Shown here piece after piece: positions 35,690-43,828 of a DNA stretch of 64,000 nucleotides. The stretch covers positions 19,030 to 83,029 of the forward strand of contig CAKROK010000001.1 of NCBI GenBank assembly GCA_934373295.1. Direction: 5' to 3'. The translations under genes and the position numbers were made by a program. The notes beneath the pieces are model-generated. The model searched no databases and had not been told where the DNA came from. It saw only the letters and a program-made list of their open reading frames with translations. The stretch is from an uncultured Christensenellaceae bacterium. Lineage in GTDB: Bacteria; Bacillota; Clostridia; Christensenellales; Christensenellaceae. Numbering within the stretch: position 1 is the stretch's first letter; each line of letters begins with the position of its first letter.

Positions 35690-35747
35690 CCACATCAAAT
35701 GTACTTTAATTTATACCATTTATGCGCACACATTTTTCCAAATGTAT
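35666..35747. promoter_or_regulatory. Three copies of AAATGTA(C/T) bracketing the BMC promoter (candidate operator half-sites)
   Basis: AAATGTAC occurs at 35666-35673 (overlapping the -10/spacer junction) and at 35697-35704 (8 nt upstream of the -35). AAATGTAT occurs at 35740-35747. The spacings are 31 and 43 nt. Confidence 0.4.
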
Positions 35748-35754
35748 CATACAT

Positions 35755-36255
35755 TCACTTACAACTAAAGCCCTTCTCGCGTGCAATATTTTTGAGCTGC
35801 TCCGCCGTTCCCTCGACTATATGCTCCGTGTTTATTATCATCGCGTGGGTTTTCGATACATATATATAAATGTACTTTCCGTTTGTACGTACCTTTTTCA
35901 CATCATCCCACTTGCTCGAACCGAACTTGCCCGTGGTCTTGTTGTTCCAGACGATCTTCTTTTCGTTTATCTCATATTTAATGTCTATGGAAAATCTGTT
36001 CAAGCCGGACTGCTTGAGGTTGTTAAACATCTTCATGAAGAACTGTATCACCCACAGCACGATTATAATAACGCCCAGCGTGAGCGCCGTATCGCGGAAC
36101 ACCAGCTCATGCATATACTGGCAGACTCCCGCCCCCGCTATGCACACGATAGCTATTATCATAGCCATCCTGAACTTAAAATCCTGCGTTATTCCGTCGA
36201 AAATATAGTAGTCCGTGTAGGTCTTTTTATCGAACTTCGTGTCAACAACTATCAT
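35755..36255 (-). CDS. Small membrane protein (two TM helices plus a C-terminal domain; YcxB-like by recollection)
   Basis: The hydrophobic pair is FRMAMIIAIVCIAGAGVCQY and LTLGVIIIVLWVIQFFM. The family call is tentative. Confidence 0.6.
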   Translation of the reverse strand: MIVVDTKFDKKTYTDYYIFDGITQDFKFRMAMIIAIVCIAGAGVCQYMHELVFRDTALTLGVIIIVLWVIQFFMKMFNNLKQSGLNRFSIDIKYEINEKKIVWNNKTTGKFGSSKWDDVKKVRTNGKYIYIYVSKTHAMIINTEHIVEGTAEQLKNIAREKGFSCK

Positions 36256-36316
36256 ATTATACCCCTTTAAATTTATTCATTTTTATTATAGCACACATCT
36301 TTAAATAAATGAATAA

Positions 36317-36344
36317 CAAAAAAGGGTGGTTATATCGCCACCCA
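36317..36344 (-). terminator. Intrinsic terminator after asnA
   Basis: The minus strand reads GGGTGG-CGATATAA-CCACCC followed by TTTTTTG. Confidence 0.7.
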
Positions 36345-36350
36345 TTAAAA

Positions 36351-37358
36351 TTACAGTAAAACTATTCCCGCATCCGCGCACTTCTTCATGGTATCTTCAC
36401 CCCAAACGCTCGCCTGAACCTCGCCGATATGCGCGCAGCCCATCATGAGCATACACAAACGCGATTGACCTATGCCGCCGCCGATGGTCAGCGGAAGCTC
36501 GCCGTTTATCAGCATCTTATGGAAGGGAAGCTCGAGGCGCTCCTCACAGCCCGCCTTTTTGAGCTGGCTTTTGAGGGAAGTCTCATCCACCCTTATGCCC
36601 ATCGAGGATACCTCAAATGCGCTGCCTAAGACCTCGTTATAGAAGAGTATATCGCAGTTTAACGCCCAGTCGTCATAGTCGGGCGCTCTGCCATCGTGGC
36701 GCTCGCCGCTCTTGAGGACATCGCCTATCTGCATTATGACGGCCGTTCCGTGCTCCTTTAAAAACGCATTTTCGCGCTCCTTGGGCGTCTTATCGGGATA
36801 CATGTCCTCAAGCTCCTGAGACGTTACGAACGCCGCATCTCTCGAGAGCTTTACGTGCAGCGGAGGAAACTCCTCCTTGAGCGCGTCATTCGTGTCACAC
36901 GCCGCGTTTATTATCTTCTGCGCGGTCGCCTTTAAGAAGTCAAGCGTCCTGTCCTCGCGCGTGATTATCTTTTCCCAATCCCACTGGTCGACGTATACGG
37001 AGTGGATGTTGTCCACCTCCTCGTCGCGGCGGATGGCGTTCATGTCCGTATAAAGCCCCTCGCCCACCGAGAACTCATATCTCTTTAGCGCGAGTCTCTT
37101 CCACTTTGCGAGCGAATGCACGACCTCGCCGTTTAAAGACATATCGGGTATGTCAAAGCTTACGGGGCGCTCCACGCCGTTTAAATTGTCGTTAAGGCCG
37201 GAGCTCTGCGTGACGAAAAGGGGCGCGGACACCCTTTTAAGGTTGAGCGCGCTTTTCAGATAATACTGAAACGAATGCTTGATATACTCTATCGCCCTCT
37301 GTGTCTCGTATACGCTGAGCGAGTTTTTATATCCTTTGGGAATCATTGAACGATCCAT
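36351..37358 (-). CDS. asnA: Aspartate-ammonia ligase (asparagine synthetase A)
   Basis: 335 aa. The sequence ETQRAIEYIKHSFQYYLKSALNLKRVSAPLFV...GGGIGQSRLCMLMM is the AsnA class II synthetase-like signature. Confidence 0.9.
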   Translation of the reverse strand: MDRSMIPKGYKNSLSVYETQRAIEYIKHSFQYYLKSALNLKRVSAPLFVTQSSGLNDNLNGVERPVSFDIPDMSLNGEVVHSLAKWKRLALKRYEFSVGEGLYTDMNAIRRDEEVDNIHSVYVDQWDWEKIITREDRTLDFLKATAQKIINAACDTNDALKEEFPPLHVKLSRDAAFVTSQELEDMYPDKTPKERENAFLKEHGTAVIMQIGDVLKSGERHDGRAPDYDDWALNCDILFYNEVLGSAFEVSSMGIRVDETSLKSQLKKAGCEERLELPFHKMLINGELPLTIGGGIGQSRLCMLMMGCAHIGEVQASVWGEDTMKKCADAGIVLL

Positions 37359-37376
37359 AATAACCTCCGAAAAAAC

Positions 37377-38336
37377 TTATTCCAATCCGCGAATAAAACG
37401 GGCAATGGCCTCGTCGTATTCGGGTAGATTACTTACTCTAAGATGAGAATGCGCACCCTTATCAAACCATACCATCTGCTTTTTCTCGCTGCCCAGGCAG
37501 TCAAAGAGCTGTCGGCACTTCTCGGGCAATGATGAAATGTCCTGCTTTCCACAGATGAACAGTACGGGAATCTTTACATTCTTTGCGCGTTTCAATGGCG
37601 TATATTTCTTTATATCTGTGCCTGAATGTTTTTTTATGAGATAGCGCAGCTCGTCACGTACGGGAAAAGCCGGCTTATTGAGCGTTTTCATACGCTGTGT
37701 TAGTACGTCGTAGAATGAAGAAAACGGCCCCTCACATATAATCGTTTTAAGCTCCTGTGGACAGTTTTCATTTGCTGCGACGTATATCGCCGTCGCTCCG
37801 CCTATGCAAAGCCCATGAATAGCGAATTCCTCCACTCCGTATTCGTCGCGCAAAAGTCCCATCCACTTTATCACGTCATATTGTTCGTGATAGCCGACGG
37901 AATCGCATATACCCTCACTCATGCCGTGCGCACGGATGTCTATCACAAGTACGTTATAGCCCATGTCTTTATAGGGAAAAGCAAAATAATAGCTGTATCT
38001 CAATCCCTCGTTTTTGCCGGGGATGATGATGACGGCTTTTTTGAATCCAAAGTCATAGTATTCGCCAAAGAGCTTGAGACCGTCATTTTTAACAGACAGC
38101 TCTATCATACAATTCATATTATCGTTCGCCCATTTAACTCCATCGAGATACATGCCGTAATGCTCCTCATTTTCCGGGGCGGAGCATTCTCTCGACCACT
38201 TATTCGGCGAAGTTCTCACAAGAAGATCATTATATAGCCCGCGGGCGATGTTCATAGTGCTGAATATCAAGCCCATAGCGCCCACACCCAAAAAAGCTAA
38301 TATTACTATTAACCACCAATACCACTCCATAAACAA
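37377..38336 (-). CDS. Membrane-anchored alpha/beta-fold hydrolase with a Cys in the nucleophile elbow
   Basis: It has an N-terminal TM segment and the elbow HGLCIGG (Cys codon at 37806-37808) instead of GxSxG. It is probably co-transcribed with asnA across an 18-nt gap. Confidence 0.8.
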   Translation of the reverse strand: MFMEWYWWLIVILAFLGVGAMGLIFSTMNIARGLYNDLLVRTSPNKWSRECSAPENEEHYGMYLDGVKWANDNMNCMIELSVKNDGLKLFGEYYDFGFKKAVIIIPGKNEGLRYSYYFAFPYKDMGYNVLVIDIRAHGMSEGICDSVGYHEQYDVIKWMGLLRDEYGVEEFAIHGLCIGGATAIYVAANENCPQELKTIICEGPFSSFYDVLTQRMKTLNKPAFPVRDELRYLIKKHSGTDIKKYTPLKRAKNVKIPVLFICGKQDISSLPEKCRQLFDCLGSEKKQMVWFDKGAHSHLRVSNLPEYDEAIARFIRGLE

Positions 38337-38491
38337 ACCTCAACAAATATGCTGGCACGATTATATCACATATCGGATAGCATGAAAAGAGAAAAATGGT
38401 CGAAGGAAGCCATTCTGCGCAAAAAAGGTCGAAAAAGCGCGGGAAGTTACACTCTGTATGTATGCGTTTTCCCGAGAAATACGGCATAAAA

Positions 38492-39316
38492 TCATCTATC
38501 TACAGGGATGAGTATCTCCGTCACGAACTTTTCCGTGTCGCTCGTGATGCCGTAGTCTATCATAGTGACCTCGCGCGATGGGCCGCATATTTTAAGCCCA
38601 TTTTCGTGGGCAAAGTCCATCAGCCGCGAATACTGCTCGGGCGCCTCCGTGTGGCTTCCGCGAAAGCGAACGCGCATACACAGCGTCTCGCCTAAAGTGC
38701 GCGTCTGTCCGTCATAGTTATCCTCTTCATCTAAAATCAAGAAAATGCTGTCGTATCGGGCATATTGTCCGGAAATAAGGTGGTCTTTTGATATGCTCAA
38801 GCCCACCTTTCCCAAAAACACGACGGGCTCGGCGTCCGATTTTTCCAGCCTGCGAATGGGCGCCTCCATGTCCAAAAACTCGCTTATGTTGAGCGAATCG
38901 TCCATCCATACCATTCGACACGCGCCCGCGCGCACTGTCTCCACGCAGTTTATCTTCGCGTTTTGCGCCTCATTGAGCTGCTTTAGACGGTTATCTATCT
39001 TGCGCTCGATGCGCTTTAACTCCCGCTGCTTTTCCACCACCGCCGCCTTTTGCTGCCTGAGCTTTTCCTCGATGCGCCCGACCTCTCTGTTCTTTAAAAA
39101 ATCGGAAATCTCATAGAGCGGCATGTCCAGCGCGCGCAGGTATCTTATCGTATTCAACACCTCAAATTGGCGCGTGCTGTAATATCTGTAGCCCGACTCG
39201 GGCGAGACGTACTCCGGCGTGAGCAAGCCCTCTTTTTCGTAATGCCTAAGACTGCTCACGCTCAAATGAAACAGCCGCGCAACATCGCCTATCGAAAACA
39301 GCTTTTTATCATCCAT
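38492..39316 (-). CDS. MerR-family regulator with a GyrI-like effector domain (BmrR type)
   Basis: The HTH is FSIGDVARLFHLSVSSLRHYEKEGLL, followed by a coiled coil and a GyrI-like C-terminus. I moved the start to ATG 39316 (MDDKKLF), which overlaps the MATE stop by 8 nt. Confidence 0.85.
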   Translation of the reverse strand: MDDKKLFSIGDVARLFHLSVSSLRHYEKEGLLTPEYVSPESGYRYYSTRQFEVLNTIRYLRALDMPLYEISDFLKNREVGRIEEKLRQQKAAVVEKQRELKRIERKIDNRLKQLNEAQNAKINCVETVRAGACRMVWMDDSLNISEFLDMEAPIRRLEKSDAEPVVFLGKVGLSISKDHLISGQYARYDSIFLILDEEDNYDGQTRTLGETLCMRVRFRGSHTEAPEQYSRLMDFAHENGLKICGPSREVTMIDYGITSDTEKFVTEILIPVDR

Positions 39317-40679
39317 ATGCGGGTCTGTCCCCCTTTTTAAGCCTGTCATTGCGCCTTATGAGCACGAACGCTATGACGCATATTATAACGGATAACAAAG
39401 ACCCCGTCGCCGTCGCCAGCCCCATGGGAAAGAGCGTATCCGCGAACAGCTTTGACGTGAGGTATACCCCCGGTATGCGCACGAGCGCGATAGCGACGAT
39501 GTTATGTAAAAAGGACAATCCCGACTTTCCGCACGCGCAGAAATACCCGCTGAAGCTGAAATGCACGCCCGCAAAAATGCAGTCCCAGATATATCCGCGC
39601 ATATACTGCCCACCCATGCGCACGACCTGCGCTCCCTCCGCAGTGGCCGAGTCCGTAAACAGCGCCACGATGGATTCCGCACAGAATTGTATCGCGACGG
39701 ACACTATTATGCCAAAGCCGACCGCGATAAATATCGCATATCTGAGCGTGCTTATCGCGCGCTCGGGCTTTCCCGCGCCGATGTTCTGCGCGCCCAGCGC
39801 CGAAACCGCGGACAGCATGGAGGATGGGACGAGGAACACAAAGCTCATGAATTTTTCCACTATTCCCACCGCCGCGGCATCGTTAAGCCCTCTGTGGTTC
39901 GCGATAATCGTTATTATTATAAATGCGACCTGAATTAGGCCGTCCTGCACGGCCACGGGCACGCCTATTTTTAATATCTGACTCATGACTTCCCGCTTAG
40001 GCTTAAAATCATCTTTTTTGATATCGACGCTTTTTCTTTTTATTATGACTATCAACGAGACTATCACGCTTATAGCCTGCGCGAGCGTCGTGCCCAGCGC
40101 CGCGCCCGCAGGGCCTAATCGAAGCGCGCCCATGAACAGATAATCCAGCCCTATATTAGCAAGGCAGGCCAATGCGATAAAGTACATCGGACTCTTGCTG
40201 TCCCCCATCCCGCGGAATATCGAGCTTATTATGTTGTATGCCGTTATAAACGGTATGCCGATAAAGCATATCGCGAGATAGCTGACCGTCCCCTCGACCG
40301 CCTTTTGCGGCGTGGACATCACGGAAACTATCGGGCGCACAAGCACGAGCAGAATTATGGTTATAACTACGGAAAGGGACATGAACAGCGTAACGGTGTT
40401 TCCCACATCCTGCGCCATGCGCTTTTTATTCCCCGCGCCCACGGCACGTCCTATGCTCACCGTCGCGCCCATAGCGAGGCCGACTATCATCACCGTGAGC
40501 ATGTGCATCACCTGAGAGCCTATCGAGACGGCGGTCGTGCTCGCGACCTGCTCATACTGCCCGATTATAAACAGATCCGCCATGCCGTAAAGCGTCTGCA
40601 AGAAATATGAGAGCAGATAGGGCAGGCTGAACACTATTACGTTTTTAAATACACTTCCCGTGGTGAGATTTTTTTCCAT
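39309..40679 (-). CDS. MATE-family multidrug efflux transporter
   Basis: 456 aa with about 12 hydrophobic segments and a typical MATE N-terminus (FKNVIVFSLPYLLSYFLQTLYGMADLFIIGQ). Confidence 0.9.
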   Translation of the reverse strand: MEKNLTTGSVFKNVIVFSLPYLLSYFLQTLYGMADLFIIGQYEQVASTTAVSIGSQVMHMLTVMIVGLAMGATVSIGRAVGAGNKKRMAQDVGNTVTLFMSLSVVITIILLVLVRPIVSVMSTPQKAVEGTVSYLAICFIGIPFITAYNIISSIFRGMGDSKSPMYFIALACLANIGLDYLFMGALRLGPAGAALGTTLAQAISVIVSLIVIIKRKSVDIKKDDFKPKREVMSQILKIGVPVAVQDGLIQVAFIIITIIANHRGLNDAAAVGIVEKFMSFVFLVPSSMLSAVSALGAQNIGAGKPERAISTLRYAIFIAVGFGIIVSVAIQFCAESIVALFTDSATAEGAQVVRMGGQYMRGYIWDCIFAGVHFSFSGYFCACGKSGLSFLHNIVAIALVRIPGVYLTSKLFADTLFPMGLATATGSLLSVIICVIAFVLIRRNDRLKKGDRPAYG

Positions 40680-40713
40680 TTTATATCCCTCTTTGAAATT
40701 ATTCCATGGGTAT

Positions 40714-40744
40714 ATTATAAACTCTATATCTATTGTAGAGTCAA
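40714..40744 (-). promoter_or_regulatory. MerR-type promoter: consensus hexamers, 19-nt spacer, centred inverted repeat
   Basis: The minus strand reads TTGACT (40744-40739), a 19-nt spacer, then TATAAT (40719-40714). The inverted repeat ACTCTA-N9-TAGAGT (40721-40741) spans the spacer. Confidence 0.7.
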
Positions 40745-40832
40745 GGATTTTATTTTTATCACATCAAGATGTATCCAAATTGTAAACGACCCTAAAAAAT
40801 GTATACAAGTAGTAAATTCTTGTTCATTTGTA

Positions 40833-40861
40833 TTGAGCAACCGCAAAAAAAGATGTAAAAT
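40833..40861 (+). promoter_or_regulatory. Candidate promoter of the Dlt-like operon
   Basis: TTGAGC (40833-40838), a 17-nt spacer, then TAAAAT (40856-40861). Confidence 0.35.
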
Positions 40862-40908
40862 ATACCTTGTGAATTAAAAGACTAAATGCAACCACGGAAG
40901 GTAATCAA

Positions 40909-42414
40909 ATGTTTAAAAACGTGCTTGACTGCTTCGAAAATACGGCGGATAAATACGCGGAAAGGCCCGCGGTCACGGACGAAAACACGACCATCAGCTA
41001 CCGCGAGCTTAAAAACCGCGCGCAAAAAATGGGCGGCGCTTTGGCGGGCATGATATCCCAAAGGCAGCCCGTCGCGGTTTACGGCGATAAGAGCATCTCC
41101 GTCCTATGCGCATTTTTGGGCATAGCCTATGCGGGAGGGTGCTATACCTTATTAAACCCCGAGCTTCCCGAGGACCGCTTAAAGACGGTCTGTACTCTCA
41201 TAAATTCCGACTTCATATTGACGGACGACGAGCATTTTAAAAGAGCGTCCGAGCTTTTTTGCGATAAAAAAATAATACTCATAAGCTCCCTTTTGGATAT
41301 GCCGGCGGAAAATTCGGCGCTTCTTGTTGAGCGGCGCAGACGCTCGATAGACACCGACCCGCTCTACATCAACTTCACATCCGGCTCGACGGGCGTGCCC
41401 AAGGGCATAGTCGTGAGCCACCGCAGCGTGATGGATTTCATATCCTGCTTCACCGAGCTTTTTGACATCGGCGATACAGACGTCATCGGCAATCAGGCGC
41501 CCTTTGATTTTGACGTCTCCGTTAAGGACATATACTCCGCGCTGTTCACAGGCGCAAGGTTGGTCATTATACCGCGCAGACTGTTCTCCGCCCCCACCGC
41601 GCTAATAGACTATATCTGCGAAAACGGCGTGACGACTATGATATGGGCGGTCTCCGCATTAAGCCTGTTAAAGACGTTCCACGCGCTGGAATACAAAAAT
41701 CCCGCGAACGTGCGCAAGGTGCTTTTCAGCGGCGAGGTCATGCCGAATAAAGTGTTAAATTATCTTCGCCGCTTTTTGCCAAATGCGCTTCTCGTCAACC
41801 TATACGGCCCGACGGAAATAACCTGCAACTGCACCTACCATATCCTCTCCCCCGAAAGGGATTACGCGGACGGCATACCCATCGGCATACCATTCCCCAA
41901 CGAAGATGTCTTTTTACTGGACGATGAAAACCGCGAGATAACGGAAAAAGATGTTTCAGGCGAGGTATGCGTGCGCGGGACGGCGCTCGCGCTGGGGTAT
42001 TACCGCGCGGACGACGAAAATGAAAAACACTTCACGCCAAACCCGCTCAATGGCTGCTATCCCGAAAGGATATACCGCACGGGCGATCTCGCAAAATACG
42101 ACCAAAACGGCGAGTTGGTATTCTGCGGCAGGAAGGACTTTCAGATAAAATACATGGGGCACCGCATTGAGCTGGAGGAGATCGAGCGCAGGATGGCCGA
42201 GACGAACGGCGTCGAGCAATGCTGCTGCATCTTTGACGATAAAAAGCAGCGGTTAAAGGGCTATTACATCGGCAGCATCGACAAGGCCGAGCTTCATTCG
42301 ATATTAAAAGGCTCACTGCCCGCGTTCATGGTACCCGGAATACTGCATAAGCTGGAGAGCTTCCCGCTCACCAAGAACGGGAAGACGGATCGCAAAAAGT
42401 TAGCGGATTTATAG
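40909..42414 (+). CDS. DltA-like carrier-protein ligase (stand-alone adenylation enzyme)
   Basis: 501 aa with AMP-binding core motifs FTSGSTGVPKG, YGPTE, YRTGD and the C-terminal PLTKNGKTDRKKL. Size and layout match DltA. Confidence 0.85.
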   Translation: MFKNVLDCFENTADKYAERPAVTDENTTISYRELKNRAQKMGGALAGMISQRQPVAVYGDKSISVLCAFLGIAYAGGCYTLLNPELPEDRLKTVCTLINSDFILTDDEHFKRASELFCDKKIILISSLLDMPAENSALLVERRRRSIDTDPLYINFTSGSTGVPKGIVVSHRSVMDFISCFTELFDIGDTDVIGNQAPFDFDVSVKDIYSALFTGARLVIIPRRLFSAPTALIDYICENGVTTMIWAVSALSLLKTFHALEYKNPANVRKVLFSGEVMPNKVLNYLRRFLPNALLVNLYGPTEITCNCTYHILSPERDYADGIPIGIPFPNEDVFLLDDENREITEKDVSGEVCVRGTALALGYYRADDENEKHFTPNPLNGCYPERIYRTGDLAKYDQNGELVFCGRKDFQIKYMGHRIELEEIERRMAETNGVEQCCCIFDDKKQRLKGYYIGSIDKAELHSILKGSLPAFMVPGILHKLESFPLTKNGKTDRKKLADL

Positions 42415-42423
42415 GAGAAACAT

Positions 42424-43596
42424 ATGGAAAGAAACGTCTTTGCGTCCTCCGGCGCGTATTATACATTCGACATACCCGCCTTAAAGCGCAGGATTGCATA
42501 TTTGAGAAAAAATCTTCCCGAAAACGTCGATCTATGCTACGCCGTCAAGGCGAACACGTTTATCGCGGGCGATATTGCGGATGAAATCGACCGCTTTGAG
42601 ATATGCTCCCCCGGCGAAAGCCTGATATGCGATAGATCAGGCATTAGCGCGGATAAGACGGTGATATCGGGCGTATATAAAAGCCCCGAGCATATAGAAT
42701 CGCTCGTTAAAGCGGGCGGCGGGCGCATATATACCGCGGAATCCCCGCGTCAATTCGACCTGCTCCTCGCATTATCCCAAAAATACGATTCCACCATTCC
42801 CGTTTTGCTTCGTATAACCAACGACAGCCAGTTCGGCATGGAGCAAGCGGACATCGAGAAGATAATAAGCGAGAGAAAATCGCATAAAAACATCGATATT
42901 TTGGGTATACAATTCTTTTCGGGAACGCAAAAGACCTCCCTTAAAAAGCTAAACAGGGAGCTTAAAATGCTGGATGAATTCATCGCCCGCCTATATGAAG
43001 AATACCGCTTTACCGTGCGCGAGCTGGAATACGGCACTGGCTTCCCCGTGAGCTACTTCACGGAGGACGAGTTTGACGAGGATGAGTTTTTGAGGGGATT
43101 TAGCGAGCTTTTAGCCAACCTCAATACAGACGCCAAAATCACTCTCGAGCTGGGCAGGAGTATCGCCGCGAGCTGCGGCTGCTACTACACCGACATCGTG
43201 GACATAAAGCACAACAAGGGACAGAATTACGTCCTCATAGACGGCGGTATGCACCAGCTTGTCTACTTCGGTCAGCACATGGCCATGAAGCACCCGTTCA
43301 TGCACGTCGTCGGAAAGGAAAACGCCCAGCCCACCGCGCTTTGGAACATATGCGGCTCGCTGTGCTCGATGAACGACATCGTCTCAAAGCAGGTCCCGCT
43401 GCCCGACATAGCCGTGGGCGACAAGCTGTGCTTTAAAAACACGGGCGCATACTGCCCCACCGAGGGCATATCCCTCTTTTTGAGCAGAGACCTCCCCGCC
43501 GTATACAAGATATATGAGAACGGCGAGACCCGGCTCATAAGGCCCAACATCGAAACAGCGCAATTTAACATGTTATATAATGAAAGGAGCTTTTAA
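42424..43596 (+). CDS. Fold-type III PLP enzyme of the Orn/DAP/Arg decarboxylase family (divergent)
   Basis: It has CYAVKAN (PLP lysine), ELGRSIAA (for EPGR), LIDGGMHQL and CGSLCSMNDIV. The usual HxHIGS and GGG blocks are altered to IQFFSGTQ and YGTGF. Confidence 0.8.
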   Translation: MERNVFASSGAYYTFDIPALKRRIAYLRKNLPENVDLCYAVKANTFIAGDIADEIDRFEICSPGESLICDRSGISADKTVISGVYKSPEHIESLVKAGGGRIYTAESPRQFDLLLALSQKYDSTIPVLLRITNDSQFGMEQADIEKIISERKSHKNIDILGIQFFSGTQKTSLKKLNRELKMLDEFIARLYEEYRFTVRELEYGTGFPVSYFTEDEFDEDEFLRGFSELLANLNTDAKITLELGRSIAASCGCYYTDIVDIKHNKGQNYVLIDGGMHQLVYFGQHMAMKHPFMHVVGKENAQPTALWNICGSLCSMNDIVSKQVPLPDIAVGDKLCFKNTGAYCPTEGISLFLSRDLPAVYKIYENGETRLIRPNIETAQFNMLYNERSF

Positions 43597-43597
43597 C

Positions 43598-43825
43598 ATG
43601 GAAAACCTCATAGAGATACTCGAAAACATTCAGCCGGACATCGATTACGATACCTGCACCGACCTTATAGACGGTCATCGTTTTGACTCTCTTTCCATCA
43701 TCTCGCTTATTTCGGAGTTAGAGGATGAATTTGACATAACCATCCCCGCCGTGGATATAATCCCCGCGAATTTCAACTCCGCGCAAGCTATCTGGAAGAT
43801 GATCTGCCGCCTTCAGGAGGATTAA
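43598..43825 (+). CDS. DltC-like acyl/peptidyl carrier protein (75 aa)
   Basis: The phosphopantetheine site is FDSLSIISLISELEDEF. I moved the start to ATG 43598, which has GGAG 9 nt upstream and lies 2 nt after the preceding stop. Confidence 0.8.
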   Translation: MENLIEILENIQPDIDYDTCTDLIDGHRFDSLSIISLISELEDEFDITIPAVDIIPANFNSAQAIWKMICRLQED

Positions 43826-43828
43826 AAG

